DNA of 64,000 nucleotides, taken from Mobula hypostoma (taxonomy: Eukaryota). This document shows positions 48,599-62,394 of the stretch, piece by piece (position 1 is the first letter of the stretch; the number at the start of each line of letters is the position of its first letter). The position numbers were made by a program, and so were the translations under genes. The stretch is taken from NCBI RefSeq assembly GCF_963921235.1, contig NC_086107.1, positions 100,256,001 to 100,320,000 on the forward strand, read 5' to 3'. The notes under the pieces were generated by a model that worked only from the letters and a program-made list of their open reading frames with translations, had not been told where the DNA came from and searched no databases.

Positions 48599-51500
48599 CT
48601 TGTTCTATCTCAGGAATTAGTTTAAAAACTGTTCTGCTGATAAACTCTCTTTGGACAAGTCTGTATTTGAGAGCTTTAGAAACACAAGTGCTGTTGTGAG
48701 GTTTCACCAGAGCTGCCACTGTTGAGCAGAAACCTCTCCACTGATACTGCCCCATGACAAGCACCTCCGGCATTTTGCTTTTTATTTCGTATCTGCAGTA
48801 TTTTATTTATGCAGACACCAGTGTTGTTATTTATAAATTAAATTCGTTCGCAAACAATGCAACCACTAAAACATTGCCATGTTTTAAGAACACACTGCCA
48901 TTCTGTGTCAGGTACCTACGCTAGCTGGCTTGGGCTTGGGCAATGGATGGATTATATGATTCAGGACACTATCTAATGCCTTCAGCAAGGCCAAGGGTAG
49001 CAGACCTGGAGATTTCTTTAATTTGTTGAGAATATTGACAGTAATTTGACTTGAGGGGGTATTGGTAGTGAGCTCTGCCTGACCTCCAGTATGCATACAT
49101 GAGTTCTCTCACTGCCCTCACAGATCAAGGGCAACTTAACTCCCGGCATTGGAATATTATAACCATCAGAAAATCAGAAAGAAAGAAATCTTCATTTTAT
49201 CTAAAAATACTCAATTGTTGAAATGGTCTGGACAAAGAGAAAGGTTTCTTCAGCCCCAATGACAATGTCGAAGGGCTTCCTCCACCTCATCTCCCAAATC
49301 TTACTAATACATTATCTAACTGTGAATGTGTTAACCTCATGGTCTCAAATCAACATGGCCAGTGTTTTCTGCAAAAGATTCCTGGGTGGAACCCCATTCT
49401 ACTCTCCACCATTCCCAATCACATTCATTCTTTCGTGTTCTATAATCTAGAGCAGGAAAGTTTGTTGGGGTGGGGGTGGAGATTTAAAGGGTGGATGTTA
49501 TCACTCCCACATGGTTCTTTGTCATCTCCTCTCCTCGCTGTTTGTGTCTGGGGTACAGCATTCCTACATGGGCAGCCGCTATGATATTTCATTCGAGTGG
49601 GGTGTGTTCACAAGGTATTCAAGTAGAGGACATCAGCGAATGTTGCTGACTTTAAAAAAAAATTCTAATGCTCACGTTACAGCTGGTGTTTGAACTTTCA
49701 GGCAAAATGCCTGCTTCCTGTCTATTGTGAAGGGTTTAGGGTTGCATATAACAATTATCATTGCCTTGTCCTGTATCGGCAGAGCCACAGGACCAAGCCA
49801 GTTTGGGTCAGTTTCAAAAGGCAGGTCAAATCTCAACATGAAGACCCAGAGTTAAACGCCAACATGGACACCAGATGCTTAAAGCTGGTAGGAATGTAGT
49901 TTAATGTTTCATCTCTTTTGAAGGTGTGTACCTGTTAATCACCACACTGTATAATCTCAGCAAAGGAATGCAACTGTTTGGGTGCTGATTAATGAAAGCC
50001 CTCATCAGATTACATTAAGAAACCCAAACATATTAAAGGTATGCTGCAATATAAAGTACATGAACCTTCCATATCCAAAGGCAGGCCAGAACTGCTAGAA
50101 GACACCACAGCCTCACGTGGCCATGGAACCAGTAGCTAAATATAGTATATGTGATACAGTCTGTTTTGTCAGCAGAAGATGCACCCCACTTTGAAAGAAC
50201 AAAAAGGATTGAACTATATTGGAAGTTGATTCTGGGCTGACAAAGGCTCCACAGAGTGGTTTGTACGATTCTCACCACTCCCTGTTATCCAGCTATCAAT
50301 CAACATTTGGCCCGATCTGCAGTATTGCTAATTACACGTTATTCCAACCAATGACTGACCAACTCGCGGACCGGTTTGAATGTCAGGGTCACTGCAGACC
50401 CCTCCCGTGCCAACTGGGTTAAGGCATCCACCCCTACCCACTGTTTCCACACGCATTCAAAAACATTTCAAGCTCTCCAAACTTCATTTCAGTGTCTCAA
50501 TACTATCTGTACATAAGGCTCACTGGGTATTGGATAAATAAAGCATGTAATGAACAGTCATTTGTCTTGAGCTTCCAATTTAATGTTCAGCCTTGCCCTG
50601 CAACTCTCTTTGACATCACTCTGTTCCACATTCTACATGGGCCCATGGCTCCACTTGGCCTCAGTCTTTGCAATACTCTCACTCCAGCCCCCAATGATCA
50701 TTCGCTCTCCAGCAATCCCAACCTACTCGTACATCCCAAAGCTCAACTGCTCCACTGACCCTTCTCCAGCCTACCTTAATCTGCTTCCATATCTCAAACC
50801 AACCACCCACCCCTCCCTTGCGTGCTCCCCGACACCTAATCTTTCCTGAAGCTCCTTTGCCCAGACCTCCCTGACATCTGCCCCATCTCTCGCGTCCATC
50901 TGGTCACCCATCAACTCCATTTTCCTCACACACCACCCCCTCGATCCTCATCCTGTTCCACCACTGTTATCTTCTCCCAACCTTTCCCATGCCCCTTCAT
51001 CTTATATCGCCTTGCCTATCTTCTAGCCCTCAGGCTTGCTGGAACTCTTCCCCCCATCTCACTTTCAGCCCCTCTCCTTTGTTCTTGAGCAGACACCTTA
51101 CTCCAATCTTCTGCTCCCTCCTGCCCCTCTCCCCACCTATTTTTCACACATCATGGGTGCTGGATTCTTTCGTACTTCAAGCCTTTGGGCTTACACTCTC
51201 ACTTGATCTTGCTTGACCATCTTTCTCCCCCACCATCTTGACTATCTCTGGGATTCTGGCCCTTGACCTTCTTGGCCTCTCGCTTCCTACCCCCAACTCT
51301 AATCCTCCTCTCTGGCACCCACTCTCCCCCTTGTCTCCTCCCCTCATAGGCCTTAGACCTCTGGGCCCACCCCTAGACTGCGCTACACATATCTTGTACA
51401 ATAAATGCTGTGCTTGTTGAGTAACCTTTTGCTTTGGAATCCTCTTTCACCATTTCAGTTCATCCTCGGCTGAAGTCCTCCTGGTTAGCAGATGAGCTAA

Positions 51501-53054
51501 CGGACAGATTGGCCTGTCCAGCTCAAGCTTCGTTAGGTCCCATTTGTGAATCGACTCAGTAAAATATGTTCCCTTTCCCACAGTGCTCTGGGTCACAAGT
51601 TTTATAAACATAACGAAAGGAAAATGCCCTCAGTCATGTACCCAGCGAGAGACCTCCGAATGGAGGCAACTGGACCAATCAGGAGACTTCAATCCAACAC
51701 GTCCTGTGTCACTCCATTCCTAGAGGTCACTGTGATTTCCGCTGGACCTTTGAAGAGTCTCCCTGGTTTTGGTTGCCATCTGAACAGTAGAAGAAAACAC
51801 AAGTATTAACAGCAGTTTCCTACACAAGGTTAATTATTGATGTAATTTCATCATAATCTAAAGTAATAGACAAATTTTTCAGGAACAATGATGGTGCCAG
51901 ATCTATTGCGGCTCAGCTGATTCTGAAGGAGATTTCCAGTTAGTCCCATGGTCTTGCTCCTTTGCCACTGACCTGCATCGTCTCCCAATAGAGGCAACAT
52001 GGCCCCTTGATCATTACTGATCTACTTCAACCCTTTTTCCTCAATGTCTCTGTCCCTGCACTCATCTCCAGCAGATCCCTTGACCCCATCTCCAAAAGTC
52101 TTGCAATCTTGAAGAATTCTTCTCACCTAAGCAATTAATGGACAACTCCTGATTCTTAAAGGGTGATCCTGGACTCAACTACTTCCTTGCATCTACACAA
52201 TCAAACTCGAAGGATTTTGTACACCTCACTAGGATCATGAATATAATTACTCAGTCCCTCTTTATAGGCCATTCCTCTCATTGCAAGATAAAATTTAGTG
52301 AAACCCTGTTGCAGTCTCTGCAAGATACATCAATCTTTCAAATAAACGGACCAAAACTGCACCAATATAATAGCAGTGAGACTTCTTACTTTTATATTTG
52401 AATCACCCTGCAATAAGCTTGTGACATTTATCTCCATAGTCCCTTGTAGGTTGAGTTAGTGTATCTAGATTAAATATTAATTCAATTCTCTTTTCAATAC
52501 TTATAGTGAACCTGCTTCCACTACTTTGAGATGTGTCAGATTGTGACAAACTCAGTAAAACTCTAATCCTGCTTCAGTTTCTTTTGCTGATTTTATTGTT
52601 TTGTCCTCTGGTTTTGACCCTCCAGCCAATGGAATTTCATCAAAAGTCATGCTGTACAAAATAAAAATCCATCCTAATTTTAAGCACTGCTATGATACCT
52701 CTCTTTCTCCATTTTAAGGAATCAGAATTACTGTCATATATGATGTGAAATTTGTGGTTTTGCAGCTGTAGTATCATGCAAAAACATAAAATCACTATAG
52801 ATGACAACATTAAAAAGTACAAAAGGAACGATGAGGCAGTGTTCATGGGCTCATGGATCATTCAGGAATTTTGATGACAGAGGGGAAGAAGCAAATGACT
52901 GAACATGAATCAACCCAGCTGCAACAGTGGAGACACAAGTGTTTGTAGATGTTGGAAACTGGAGTAACACACAAAAAGCTGGAGGGACTGTTGATTCTCC
53001 ATTTCCCACCGTAAATACTGTATGACCTGTGGGTTGTTCCAGCTTTTTGCATGT

Positions 53055-54395
53055 TAGACCATTAGACAAAGGAACAGAATTAGGCCATTTGGCCCATTGA
53101 GTCTGCTCTGCCATTCAATCATAGTTAATCTTTTTTTCCCCTTGTCATCCCCACTCCCCAGCCTTCTCCCCGTAACCTTTGACCTCATGCCAATCAAGAA
53201 CCTATTAAGCTTTGGCTTAAATACACCCAATAACCTGGCCTCCACAGCTGCCCATGGTAATAAATTCCACAATTCCACCACCCTCTGACTAAAGAAATTT
53301 CTCCGCATCTTTGTTTTAAATTTATGCCCCCCTATCCTAAGGCTGTGCCCTCTTGTCCTAGACTCCCCCATCATTGGAAACCTCCTTTCTACGTCTACTC
53401 GGTCTAGGCCTTTCAACATTCAAAAGGTTTCAATGAGATTCCCCCTCATCCTTCTATCCAGTGAGTACAGGCCCAGAGCCATCATTAAGTTCCTCGTATG
53501 ATAACCCTTTCATTCCTGGAACATCCTTGTGAACCTCCTCTGAACCCTCTCCAATGCCAGCACATCTTTTCTTAGATAAGGAGCCCAAAACTGTTCACAA
53601 TACTCAAGGTGGGACCTCACCAGTGCCTTATTAAAGCCTCAGCATCATATCCCCGCTCATGTTTTCTAGGACTCTTGAAATGAATGCTAACGTTGTATCT
53701 GCCTTCCTCACCACCGACTCTACCTGCAAGTTAACCTTTAGGTTATTCTACACAAGGACTCCCAAGTCCGTTTGTATCTCAGATTTTTGGATTTTCTCCT
53801 CATTTGGAAAACAATCTGCACATTTATTTCTACAACCAAAGTGCATGACTGTGCATTTTCCAACATTGTATTTGATTTGCCTCTTTCTTGCCCATTCTCC
53901 TAATTTAAGTCCTTCTGCAGCCTGTTTCCTCAACACTACCTGCCCCTCCACCAATCTTAGTATCATCTGCAAACTTGGCAACAAAGCTATCTATTCCATC
54001 ATCTAAATCATTTATATACAGCATAAAAGGCAGTCTTTTTATAACATCAACCCTGCGGAACACCACTAGTCATTGGCAGCCAACCAGAAAAGGATCCTTT
54101 TATTCCTTCTTGATGCCTCCTACCAATCAGCCAATGCCCTAACCATGCCAGTAACTTCCCTGTAATACCGTGGGCTTTTAACTTGGTAAGCAGCCTCATG
54201 TGTGGCATCTTGTCAAAGGCCTTCTGAAGGTCCAAATATACAACATCCACTGCATCCCCTTCATCTATCCTACTTGCAATCTCCTTAAAGAATTCCAACA
54301 GGTTTGTCAGGCAAGATTTTCCCTTAAGGAAACCATGCTGACTTTGTCCTATCTTGTCCTGTGTCACCAAGTACTCCATAACCTCATCTTTAACA
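53055..54395 (-). mobile_element. CR1 LINE 3' fragment
   Basis: ORFs QHGFLKGKSCLTNLLEFF..YLDLQKAFDK..SGVPQG and ESRTRGHSLRI. Confidence 0.9.
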
Positions 54396-54544
54396 GATAT
54401 TGCCCTAGAAACATCTGTGTCCACACATTCCTTTCAGATACACAGCACAGAAAAAGGCTCATTAGCCTATTGAGTCTGTTCCGACCATCAACCACCCATT
54501 TAGATTAACCCTATATAAGTCCCATTTTTATCCTCTTCATGTTA

Positions 54545-55060
54545 TCTACATACATTCACAAGTTTGCAGATAAGAACAATGAGATGGAGTACAGTAAGGA
54601 GATAAAGAACCTACTGGCACGCTGTCAAGACAATAACCTCTCCGTCAACATCAGCAAAACAAAGAATCTGGGAACTGACTTCAAGAAGTGAAGCCGTACA
54701 CATGTCCCTGTCTGTGTTAATGGTGCTGAGGTGGAGGTGGTTGAGAGCTTCAAGTTCCTACATGTAAATATCACCACCAGCCTGTCCTAGTCCAACCATG
54801 TAAGTGAAGTTGTGCCCTCTGGTTCAGTTCAGTGGTTGAGGGGTAATAACTATTCCTGAACCTCATGGTGTGTGACCTAAGGCTCCTAAAACTTCTTCCC
54901 GATGGCTCTGGATGGTGGGCATCCCTGATGATGAACACTGCTTTCCTGAGACAGGGCTTCTTTGTAGAAATGCTCAGTGGCTGGGATGGCTTTTCCTGTG
55001 ATGGACTGGGTGGGCTGTATCCACCATCCTCTGTAGGCTTTTCTGTTCAGGGGCATTGAC
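54545..55060. mobile_element. Rex1/L2-like LINE fragments (plus-strand piece, then inverted piece)
   Basis: KFADK, NNLSVNISKTK..DF on +; C-terminal homology on - from about 54800. Confidence 0.6.
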
Positions 55061-56234
55061 TGTGATGCAACCTGTATAGACTTATTCAGTAGGGACACGG
55101 GCCCTTTTGCCCACTGCGCCATGCCAATCAGGATCCCTGTCTAAGCTAGTGATGTGGTATCATGAGTTCAAATTGCACCAACTCAGCTGATGAGTTCAGA
55201 TTTATTTAAATAAAAGAAAAAAAAACAACTGAAATTACAAGCTGGCATCATATAAACAGTGACTGCAGGACAACCAGTTTTCTGCAAAATCTATCACATT
55301 AGTGATGGAGATGTGCCATCTTTAACTGGGCAGTTACATGCAACCCCAGAGTCACAGCACCACACATACACAACTAAACAACTATACGAGTAAATGTGGA
55401 TGAAGTACCTGGCATCAGCCTAGGCAATGAATCTGATTTGGACAGAGAGGGCACACTCGTCTTGCCAGAGATTAATGGACTTTTGGACAAAAAGGAAATC
55501 ACAGAATAACGAGGACTAGGCGGGAAAATGGTAGGGAACCAGGCATTCATTGTGCCACGGCTTGAGGGGGCTTCTCTTGTTTGCATTCACGTTCCTTTGG
55601 AGTGGAGAACATTTGAGGAGCAAAGAGGAGGCGCAGACCTGAAACTACATGCATGCAATCCAGAAAAACCCACAACTAATGAGTTGGATGAAAGTTCTAT
55701 GCTCTTGCCTGGTGCATTTGTAAATGGTGGGACAAATAATATCAAATGGCTTTGTTGCCAAGCGGATAATACAGCTTGGATATTCTCTTTGGTCCCTACC
55801 GTAAGAGGAGCAAAGGTTCAGGGAATTTGATTCATTCCATATCACATCAAGAGACAGCAGAGCAAACTGGAAATACCAAAATCAACAAGGGTCCTGATAA
55901 AATACCAGTTGTGGTGAAGGTCTGTCACAAAACTGGCTGTGTATTTGAGGAAGTTGCTTCATATTGTATGTTTGATTATACCGTCAGAGGCTTGTTGATC
56001 CCAGCAGGGTTATGCTGGCTCTCAGAGCAACCTCACCCACCCCCTGCAATTACTTATCTCCAAGTAAATTACTCTCTCTCACAAGCATGACATGGAGTAG
56101 GTTACTAGGAATCAAAAGATATCACCGATTCACACATTATATTCCATTTGAAAACCTTGCCCACTTCCCTAGCCTTCTAATACAACCCATCTACGTCTTC
56201 TTCACAACTTGCTTTCTTCCAATGCCTCATACGC

Positions 56235-57880
56235 CAGGTTGCTGTCACTGACTTCAGCTCAGCTTTTAGCACGATCATCCCTCAGAGGCTGGTGGGTAAA
56301 CTGTCCTTGTTGGGACCCAACACCTCTTTCTGTAACTGGACCTTGGACTTCTTGACAGCAAGACCCCAGTCAGTCCGAGTTGGGAGCAACATCTCAAGCT
56401 CCATCGTGCTGCACACTGCTGCCCTCGGGCTATGTGCTCAGTCCATTGCTGACTCACAACTGCATGGCCAGATTCAGCTCAAACCAGATCATCAAGTTCG
56501 CTGATGATTTATTTACTTATTGAGATACAGCATGGAATAGGCCCTTCTGGCCCTACGAGCCACACCGTCCAGCAACCCCCAATTTAACTCTAGCCTAATC
56601 ACAGGACAATTTGCAATGAGCAATTAACCTACTAACCGGTACGTCTTTGTACTGTGGAAGGAAACCGGAGCATCCAGAGAGGACAACGAGACTCCTTACA
56701 GATGACGCTGGAACTGAACTCCGACATTCCAAGCTGTAATGACGTTGCGCTAACCATGACGCTACCATGGCGCCCAACACTGATGACACAGCAGTGGTTG
56801 GCCTCATCGACAGCAGTGACCAGTCAGCATACAGAGAAGAGGTAGAAAGGCTTGTCAAATGGTGAGAGAACAACAATCTGAGTCTCAACGTAGACAAGAG
56901 ATGATTGTGGACTGCAGGAAGGTGCAGGTTGACTACCATGGAGAGAGTGAAGAGTGTCCACGATTTCATATACCTCTTTTGGATCCCTGAAGAAGGGTCT
57001 TGGCCCAGAACATGGATCGTTTATTCATTTCCACAGATGCTGCCTAACCCGCTGAGTTCTTCCAGCATTTTGTGTGAACTGCTTTGAATTTCCAGCATCT
57101 GCAGAATCTCATGACCCCACCAACCTCCTCTGTTTAAAGGGAATAATCTCAGTTTCTCCAGTCTACCTGTGCACCCTCCTCCTGTTCCTCTCTGGTAAAT
57201 CTCTTCCACAGCTCCTCTTTGGATGGTTGAGAGATATAATTTATTAGGAGTAAACATCATTAAAGCCTGTCCTGATCCAACCACACTGATGCCACAAGGA
57301 AAGCACACCAGTGCCTTTATTTCCTTAGGAGGCTAAAGAAATTTGGCATGTGCCATTTGACCCACACCACTTTTTATAGACGTACAACAAAAAGCATCCT
57401 ATCTAGATGCATCACGGTTGGTATGGCAACTGCTCTGCCTGAGACAAGAAACTCAGAGAGTTATGGACATCATGGAAATCAGTCTCCCCTCCTTGGATGA
57501 TGTCAACACTTCTCAGTGCCTTGATAAAGCAGCCAACATAATCAAAGACCCTACCTACCTGAGACATCCACACCCCTTCCCTTGGGCAGAAGATACAACA
57601 GCCTGCTTCTAACCCACTGTTGTAAGACTATTGAACGCACCTCTTCTGTGAAAAGGCGGATTCTTGATGTCATGATCTACCTCATCACAGCCTTGTACTT
57701 TATTGTCTGCCTGCCCTGTACCTTCTCTATAACTTTAACGCTATATTCCGCATTCTAATATTGCTTTCCCCTTGTAGTACCTCAATGCACTGATATAATG
57801 AAATGAACTGTACGGTTGGCATGCAAAACAATCTTTCATTGTATCTCAAACTTATGACAATAATAAATCAATTTACCAAT
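56235..57880 (+). mobile_element. Degraded Rex1/L2-like LINE with nested SINE and Penelope-terminus insertions
   Basis: [36 protein letters not shown] (split by the SINE), NNLSLNVDK; tail gacaataataaatc. Confidence 0.75.
56508..56779 (-). mobile_element. V-SINE with 7-bp TSD
   Basis: TSD CTGATGA at 56501-56507 and 56780-56786; tRNA-like head; V domain gctccggttttccttccacagtacaaagac; (aaat)n tail. Confidence 0.85.
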
Positions 57881-57900
57881 CTTTACACATTTCCTACATT

Positions 57901-58194
57901 ATAGGCATCAGTTAGTCTCGTGAGACCATGGATTTGCGCCTTGGAAGGTTTCCAGGGCGCAGGCCTGGGCAAGGTTGTATGGAAGACCGGCAGTTGCCCA
58001 TGCTGCAAGTCTCCCCTCTCCACGCCACCGATGTTGTCCAAGGGAAGGGCATTAAGACCCATACAGCTTGGCACCAGTGTCGTCGCAGAGCAATGTGTGG
58101 TTAAGTGCCTTGCTCAAGGACACAACACGCTGCCTCAGCTAAGGCTCGAACTAGCAACCTTCAGGTCACTAGACGAACACCTTGCCACATACCA
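57901..58194 (-). mobile_element. tRNA-derived CORE-like SINE with 16-bp TSD
   Basis: TSD ACACATTTCCTACATT at 57885-57900 and 58195-58210; B box GTTCGAGCC; GTGTCCTTGAGCAAGGCACTTAACC block. Confidence 0.85.
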
Positions 58195-58485
58195 ACACAT
58201 TTCCTACATTGCTGAATCAGTAGTTATAAAGTGCAAAATCCAAAATTTTAAAGGTCACGTTGCTCTATAAATGTAGGAATTAGCAAAACCATCAGAAGGA
58301 AACAATTTCATTGCATTCAGCACCATGATTTAGTCCTGCAGGTGAGCCAGTATTTGTGGGGGTCCTTAGACGCATTATGGTGAAGGAGTTTTGACTGTCA
58401 TGCAGATTTGAATTGTAGTCTTAGGAGCAACAGTTGAGAGACAAGTCATGCTAGATCACAATAATCCAAGCTTGAATACCATAAT

Positions 58486-58702
58486 CACAAGGGAATCTGC
58501 AGATGCTGGAAATCCAAAGCAACACACACAAAATGCTGGAGGAACTCAGGTGGTCAGGCAGCAACCATGGGAAAAAACAGGAAAAATTTTGGGCATAGAA
58601 ACTTCATCGGGACTCAGTCTTGATAAAATGCCGACTATTTATTCTATTCCACGGATGCTTCCTGACCTGTTGAGTTCCTCTAGCATCTTCAAGGTGTGTG
58701 TT
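58486..58702. repeat. Fold-back element of inverted Penelope termini (older)
   Basis: atgctggaggaactcag...gtcagg is inverted relative to cctgac...tgagttcctctagcat. Confidence 0.7.
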
Positions 58703-59744
58703 ACTAAACCAACTTTGAAGTTTTCATTGTCCACCACACCCAACAGATTAAGTCTAGTTATTATAGAAGAAGGCACTGCCATTGTTCAATGAACCTGCCT
58801 AACAAGTCATTTATAACCAGTGTGGAATGGTACCTGTATAGCTCTGTTGTAAGTGGGCTGGTACACTCGATCGGGAAAGCTGTGCAGAACCAGACTGAAA
58901 ACCTTTCAAAATATCTGTTGGGAAAGACAAAAGTTAATTTAGGAGGCTTATCCACTCACCTTAAAGAGAAATAACCCTCCCTTATCCTAAAAGCACAGAA
59001 CAGCTTCAAAGCATTCAACCCATCAAATAGATGCTGCTTCTTTGAAACAACTATCCTATAAGTCTCAAATTCCTCTTTCCCTACAAATATTTTCTGCTCA
59101 AGTATCAAAATATCCTCTGAAAACTACTATTGAACATTTTCCCACTATACTCTCCCCCATTCTTCCTCTAATTTCCATTGTTGTTTTTTGTGGTTTCTGG
59201 TTGTCACAGTAATGATGCTCTTTATTTACTCCATCATGTCAAAACTTCCCCTTAATATGAAAGCCTCTGTTAAATGTTTCATTATCCTCCCTAATTGTGA
59301 AAATAATTCCAGCTTCTCCAGTCTCTTCACATAACAAAATCCCAGCCCAAGCATCTTTCTAGTGTATTGCATGATTCACTAGGTAAGAACATTGTGTGAT
59401 GTGCTCCAAGGCACGTAAACAAGGTAAAAGTATAATCAGTGCTTGGTTAGCTGATCTTTGCAGACAAGCAGTTGAAAATTTAATACCCTGCTACAGAGGG
59501 GAGAAATTCTGCAATCCACAGATGTCAAGGATTGTATCTGGTGCAGTGGCAACACTGTCATCTCTGGTCAAACAAGGAGGTTTCAAGCACTAAACCACAG
59601 ATTTATGTTAGGTTCGTATTTCAGTATAACAATGAGGTTTGAGATTCTGAGATGATTAACAATGTAAAACATTCCTCCAGGACCATTTTGAACAGCAAAT
59701 GACCTTTCTCAGATGTCCCAAACAACATACCTATAATCCTTTAT

Positions 59745-60050
59745 ACCAGCCTATCACCTCCCATGGGCCCCCTCCTCCTTCCCTTTCTCCCATGGTCAAC
59801 TGGCCTCTCCTATCAGATTCATTCTTCTCCAGCCCACCTGGCTTCATCTATCACCTTCTAGCTACCTTCCACCCCCCCCCCACCTTTTCATTCTGATGTC
59901 TTCCCCCTTCCTTTTCAGTCCTGAAGAAGTTTCTCATCCCAAAATGTCAACTGTTTATTAATTTCCATAGATGCTGCCTGACTTGCTGAGTTCCTCCAGC
60001 ACTTTGTGTGTGTTGCTTTGGATTTCCAGCATCTGCAGATTTTCTCATGT
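59745..60050 (+). mobile_element. Penelope-like 3' terminal fragment
   Basis: Reverse complement of the 24603-24950 terminus, with a degenerate hammerhead cagtcctgaagaag...aaaatgtcaactg. Confidence 0.75.
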
Positions 60051-60659
60051 TTATAATTATAATACATTACCTGCTCATTTATTTTTTTGCTGCCTATGCA
60101 CAGACTGGTTGTTGCATCGTCCTATGTTAGAACTTTAAATACAACAAAGCTACAGAGCTTTATGTGACATTTTGTGGATGTGAAACACCTTTAAATACAA
60201 ATTTCCTATTGTCAGGTCAGTGGATTTAACTCTGCTGCCCTGTCTTACCATGTTGATTACGAGACTACCAAGGTCACCATATGGACTACTTGGGTAATAT
60301 TCCTGAGGCTATCAGGCACAGACACCACACATCACTGTCAGGAAACACAAAGGAGGCCAGGGACCGATGGTGGAAGCTGGGAGAATACGTGCAAAGTGGC
60401 AGAATCTGGATGATATTTAAGATGCAATTCGATTGTTTTGGTGATTTGGCCACTACCTTACTCCTACCTCAAGGCTAGGGGTATCTGTCCAACTTGTATC
60501 CTTTGCCAGACTGGCTAAATGACACGACAAGATGAAAGGGCTCTGTTTTCAAGACTTCCTTCCCTCCATTCTTAGAATGGCTCCGTTCTGAACTCTACGG
60601 ATGTCTGTTCTTCATGATTCTTAATCCCTGCAGTTCAGAATTTTTGGTTCAGCAGGTTT

Positions 60660-61250
60660 ACCTAAAACTAAAAACCCTCACTAATTTTTATAGATGCACT
60701 GTAGAAAGCATTCTTCTAGGGTGCATCATAACCTGGTATGGAAGTTGTCCTATCCAAGACCAAAAGAAGCTGCAGAAGATCGTGAACATGGCGCAGCACA
60801 TCACACAAACCAATCTTCCATCCTTGGACTCACTTTACACCGCACGCTGTTGGAGCAGTGCTGCCAGGATAATCAAGGACACGGCCCACCCAGCCAACAC
60901 ACTTTTCGTCCCTCTTCCCTCTGGGAGAAGGCTCAGGAGCTTGAAGACTTGTACGGCCAGATTTGGGAACAGCTTCTTTCCAACTGTGATAAGACTGCTG
61001 AACGGATCCTGACCCGGATCTGGGCCGTACCCTCCAAATATCCGGACCTGCCTCTCGGTTTTTTTTGCACTACCTTACTTTCCATTTTTCTATTTATGAT
61101 TTATAATTTAAATTTTTAATATTTACTAATTTTTACTATTTTTAATATTTAATATTTGTAATCCAGGGAGTGGGAAGCACAGAATCAAATATCGCTGTGA
61201 TGATTGTACATTCTAGTATCAATTGTTTGGCAACGATAAAGAATAAAGTA
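60660..61250 (+). mobile_element. Rex1/L2-like LINE 3' fragment, relatively young
   Basis: Open frame KTLTNFYRCTVESILLGCIITWYG...PLPSGRRLRSL..NSFFPTVIRLLN; aataaagta tail. Confidence 0.85.
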
Positions 61251-61792
61251 TTACACGTGCAATTTTTGCGTACACCTGTTAATCCCAACTTGCTGCACAC
61301 TGACAACAACATCGCTCTTGTCGGCCTTTACTGAAGGACAGCCCTCACAGTCAAGTCAATATGAAGATAGCCCCACTCATCAGTTCATTTCCAGATTGCC
61401 CTCTCTTCCACCCGCCCCCATCCCTGGGCTCATTGGTTTTGAATGTTAGAAAAAAAACAATATAGAAACAATGGAAATCTGAAATGAAAAAAAAAGTGTT
61501 GGGAACACTATTTAGATTTCTGGATAGGGAACGAGAGATAACATTTTAGATCAATGACCTTACAACAGTACAGGGGTATAATAATGATTCATTCAACCCC
61601 TTTGCAGATATTAAAATTGCTCCTCATTAAGCAGGTAGACGAAAACTTGTGTGTTCATTACACGTACATCACTATCCTTAATGCAAAAAGGCTGCAAGAG
61701 GGGGGAGGTTGGAAGTGGTGGTACTTTCATTAGTCCTCTCCAACTGTGCAAGATATTTGGATCTATCGCCTGAATATCAAATTTTAAAAATA

Positions 61793-62375
61793 CAGTGGAT
61801 TCCAGTTAATTGAGACACACTGAGACCAGTACATACTGCCCAATTAAGTGGCTGCCCCAATTAGCCAAGTTTCATGGAAACAGTTAAAAAGGTATATAAA
61901 AGACAAACTACAGTTTAACAGAGTAACAAATTATGTAATTAAATAAAATATAGAACAAATCAGAACACTATCAATACTATAATACTATAAAACTATATTA
62001 CTTCCTAATAGTAATCAACAGAGTTCATACAGTGTACGCTGCCACATTCTTTTGACTATAAATGAACAAAATTGGTGCAGACACCTAGTGCAGATAATGG
62101 AATGCCTTCATACAGTGCTTTTAATGGCTGCATCCTCTAAGTCTTCACTTTCATTGTAACATTCAAGCTGATTGTTAATATCTTCAAACTTTTCGTAGTC
62201 GCTAACTTGCTGAAGTAGTGAAATCGTTTCATTTTCACTCCCAGCTGTTTCTGGCATCTCCAAGCCTGAATGCTTGAAACCGCAGTGAGGAAAACAGTTC
62301 TGAATTGTCTTTCTGTTTTATTTCTCACCAACTATCAGTGACAAAAATCACTGCTTTTTGAACATAAAGACAAAC
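61793..62375. mobile_element. Tigger-like non-autonomous element, truncated copy of 31079-31859
   Basis: TA-CAGTGGATTCCAGTTAA start; shared blocks gctgccccaattagcc and agtgacaaaaatcactgcttttt. Confidence 0.75.
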
Positions 62376-62394
62376 ACAGATGAGAAATAACATC

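Noticed and set aside
55547..55638. GLRLLFA resemblance to the TCR-delta transmembrane segment
   Set aside because: The following residues are polar, not transmembrane, and no Ig-domain exon is nearby.
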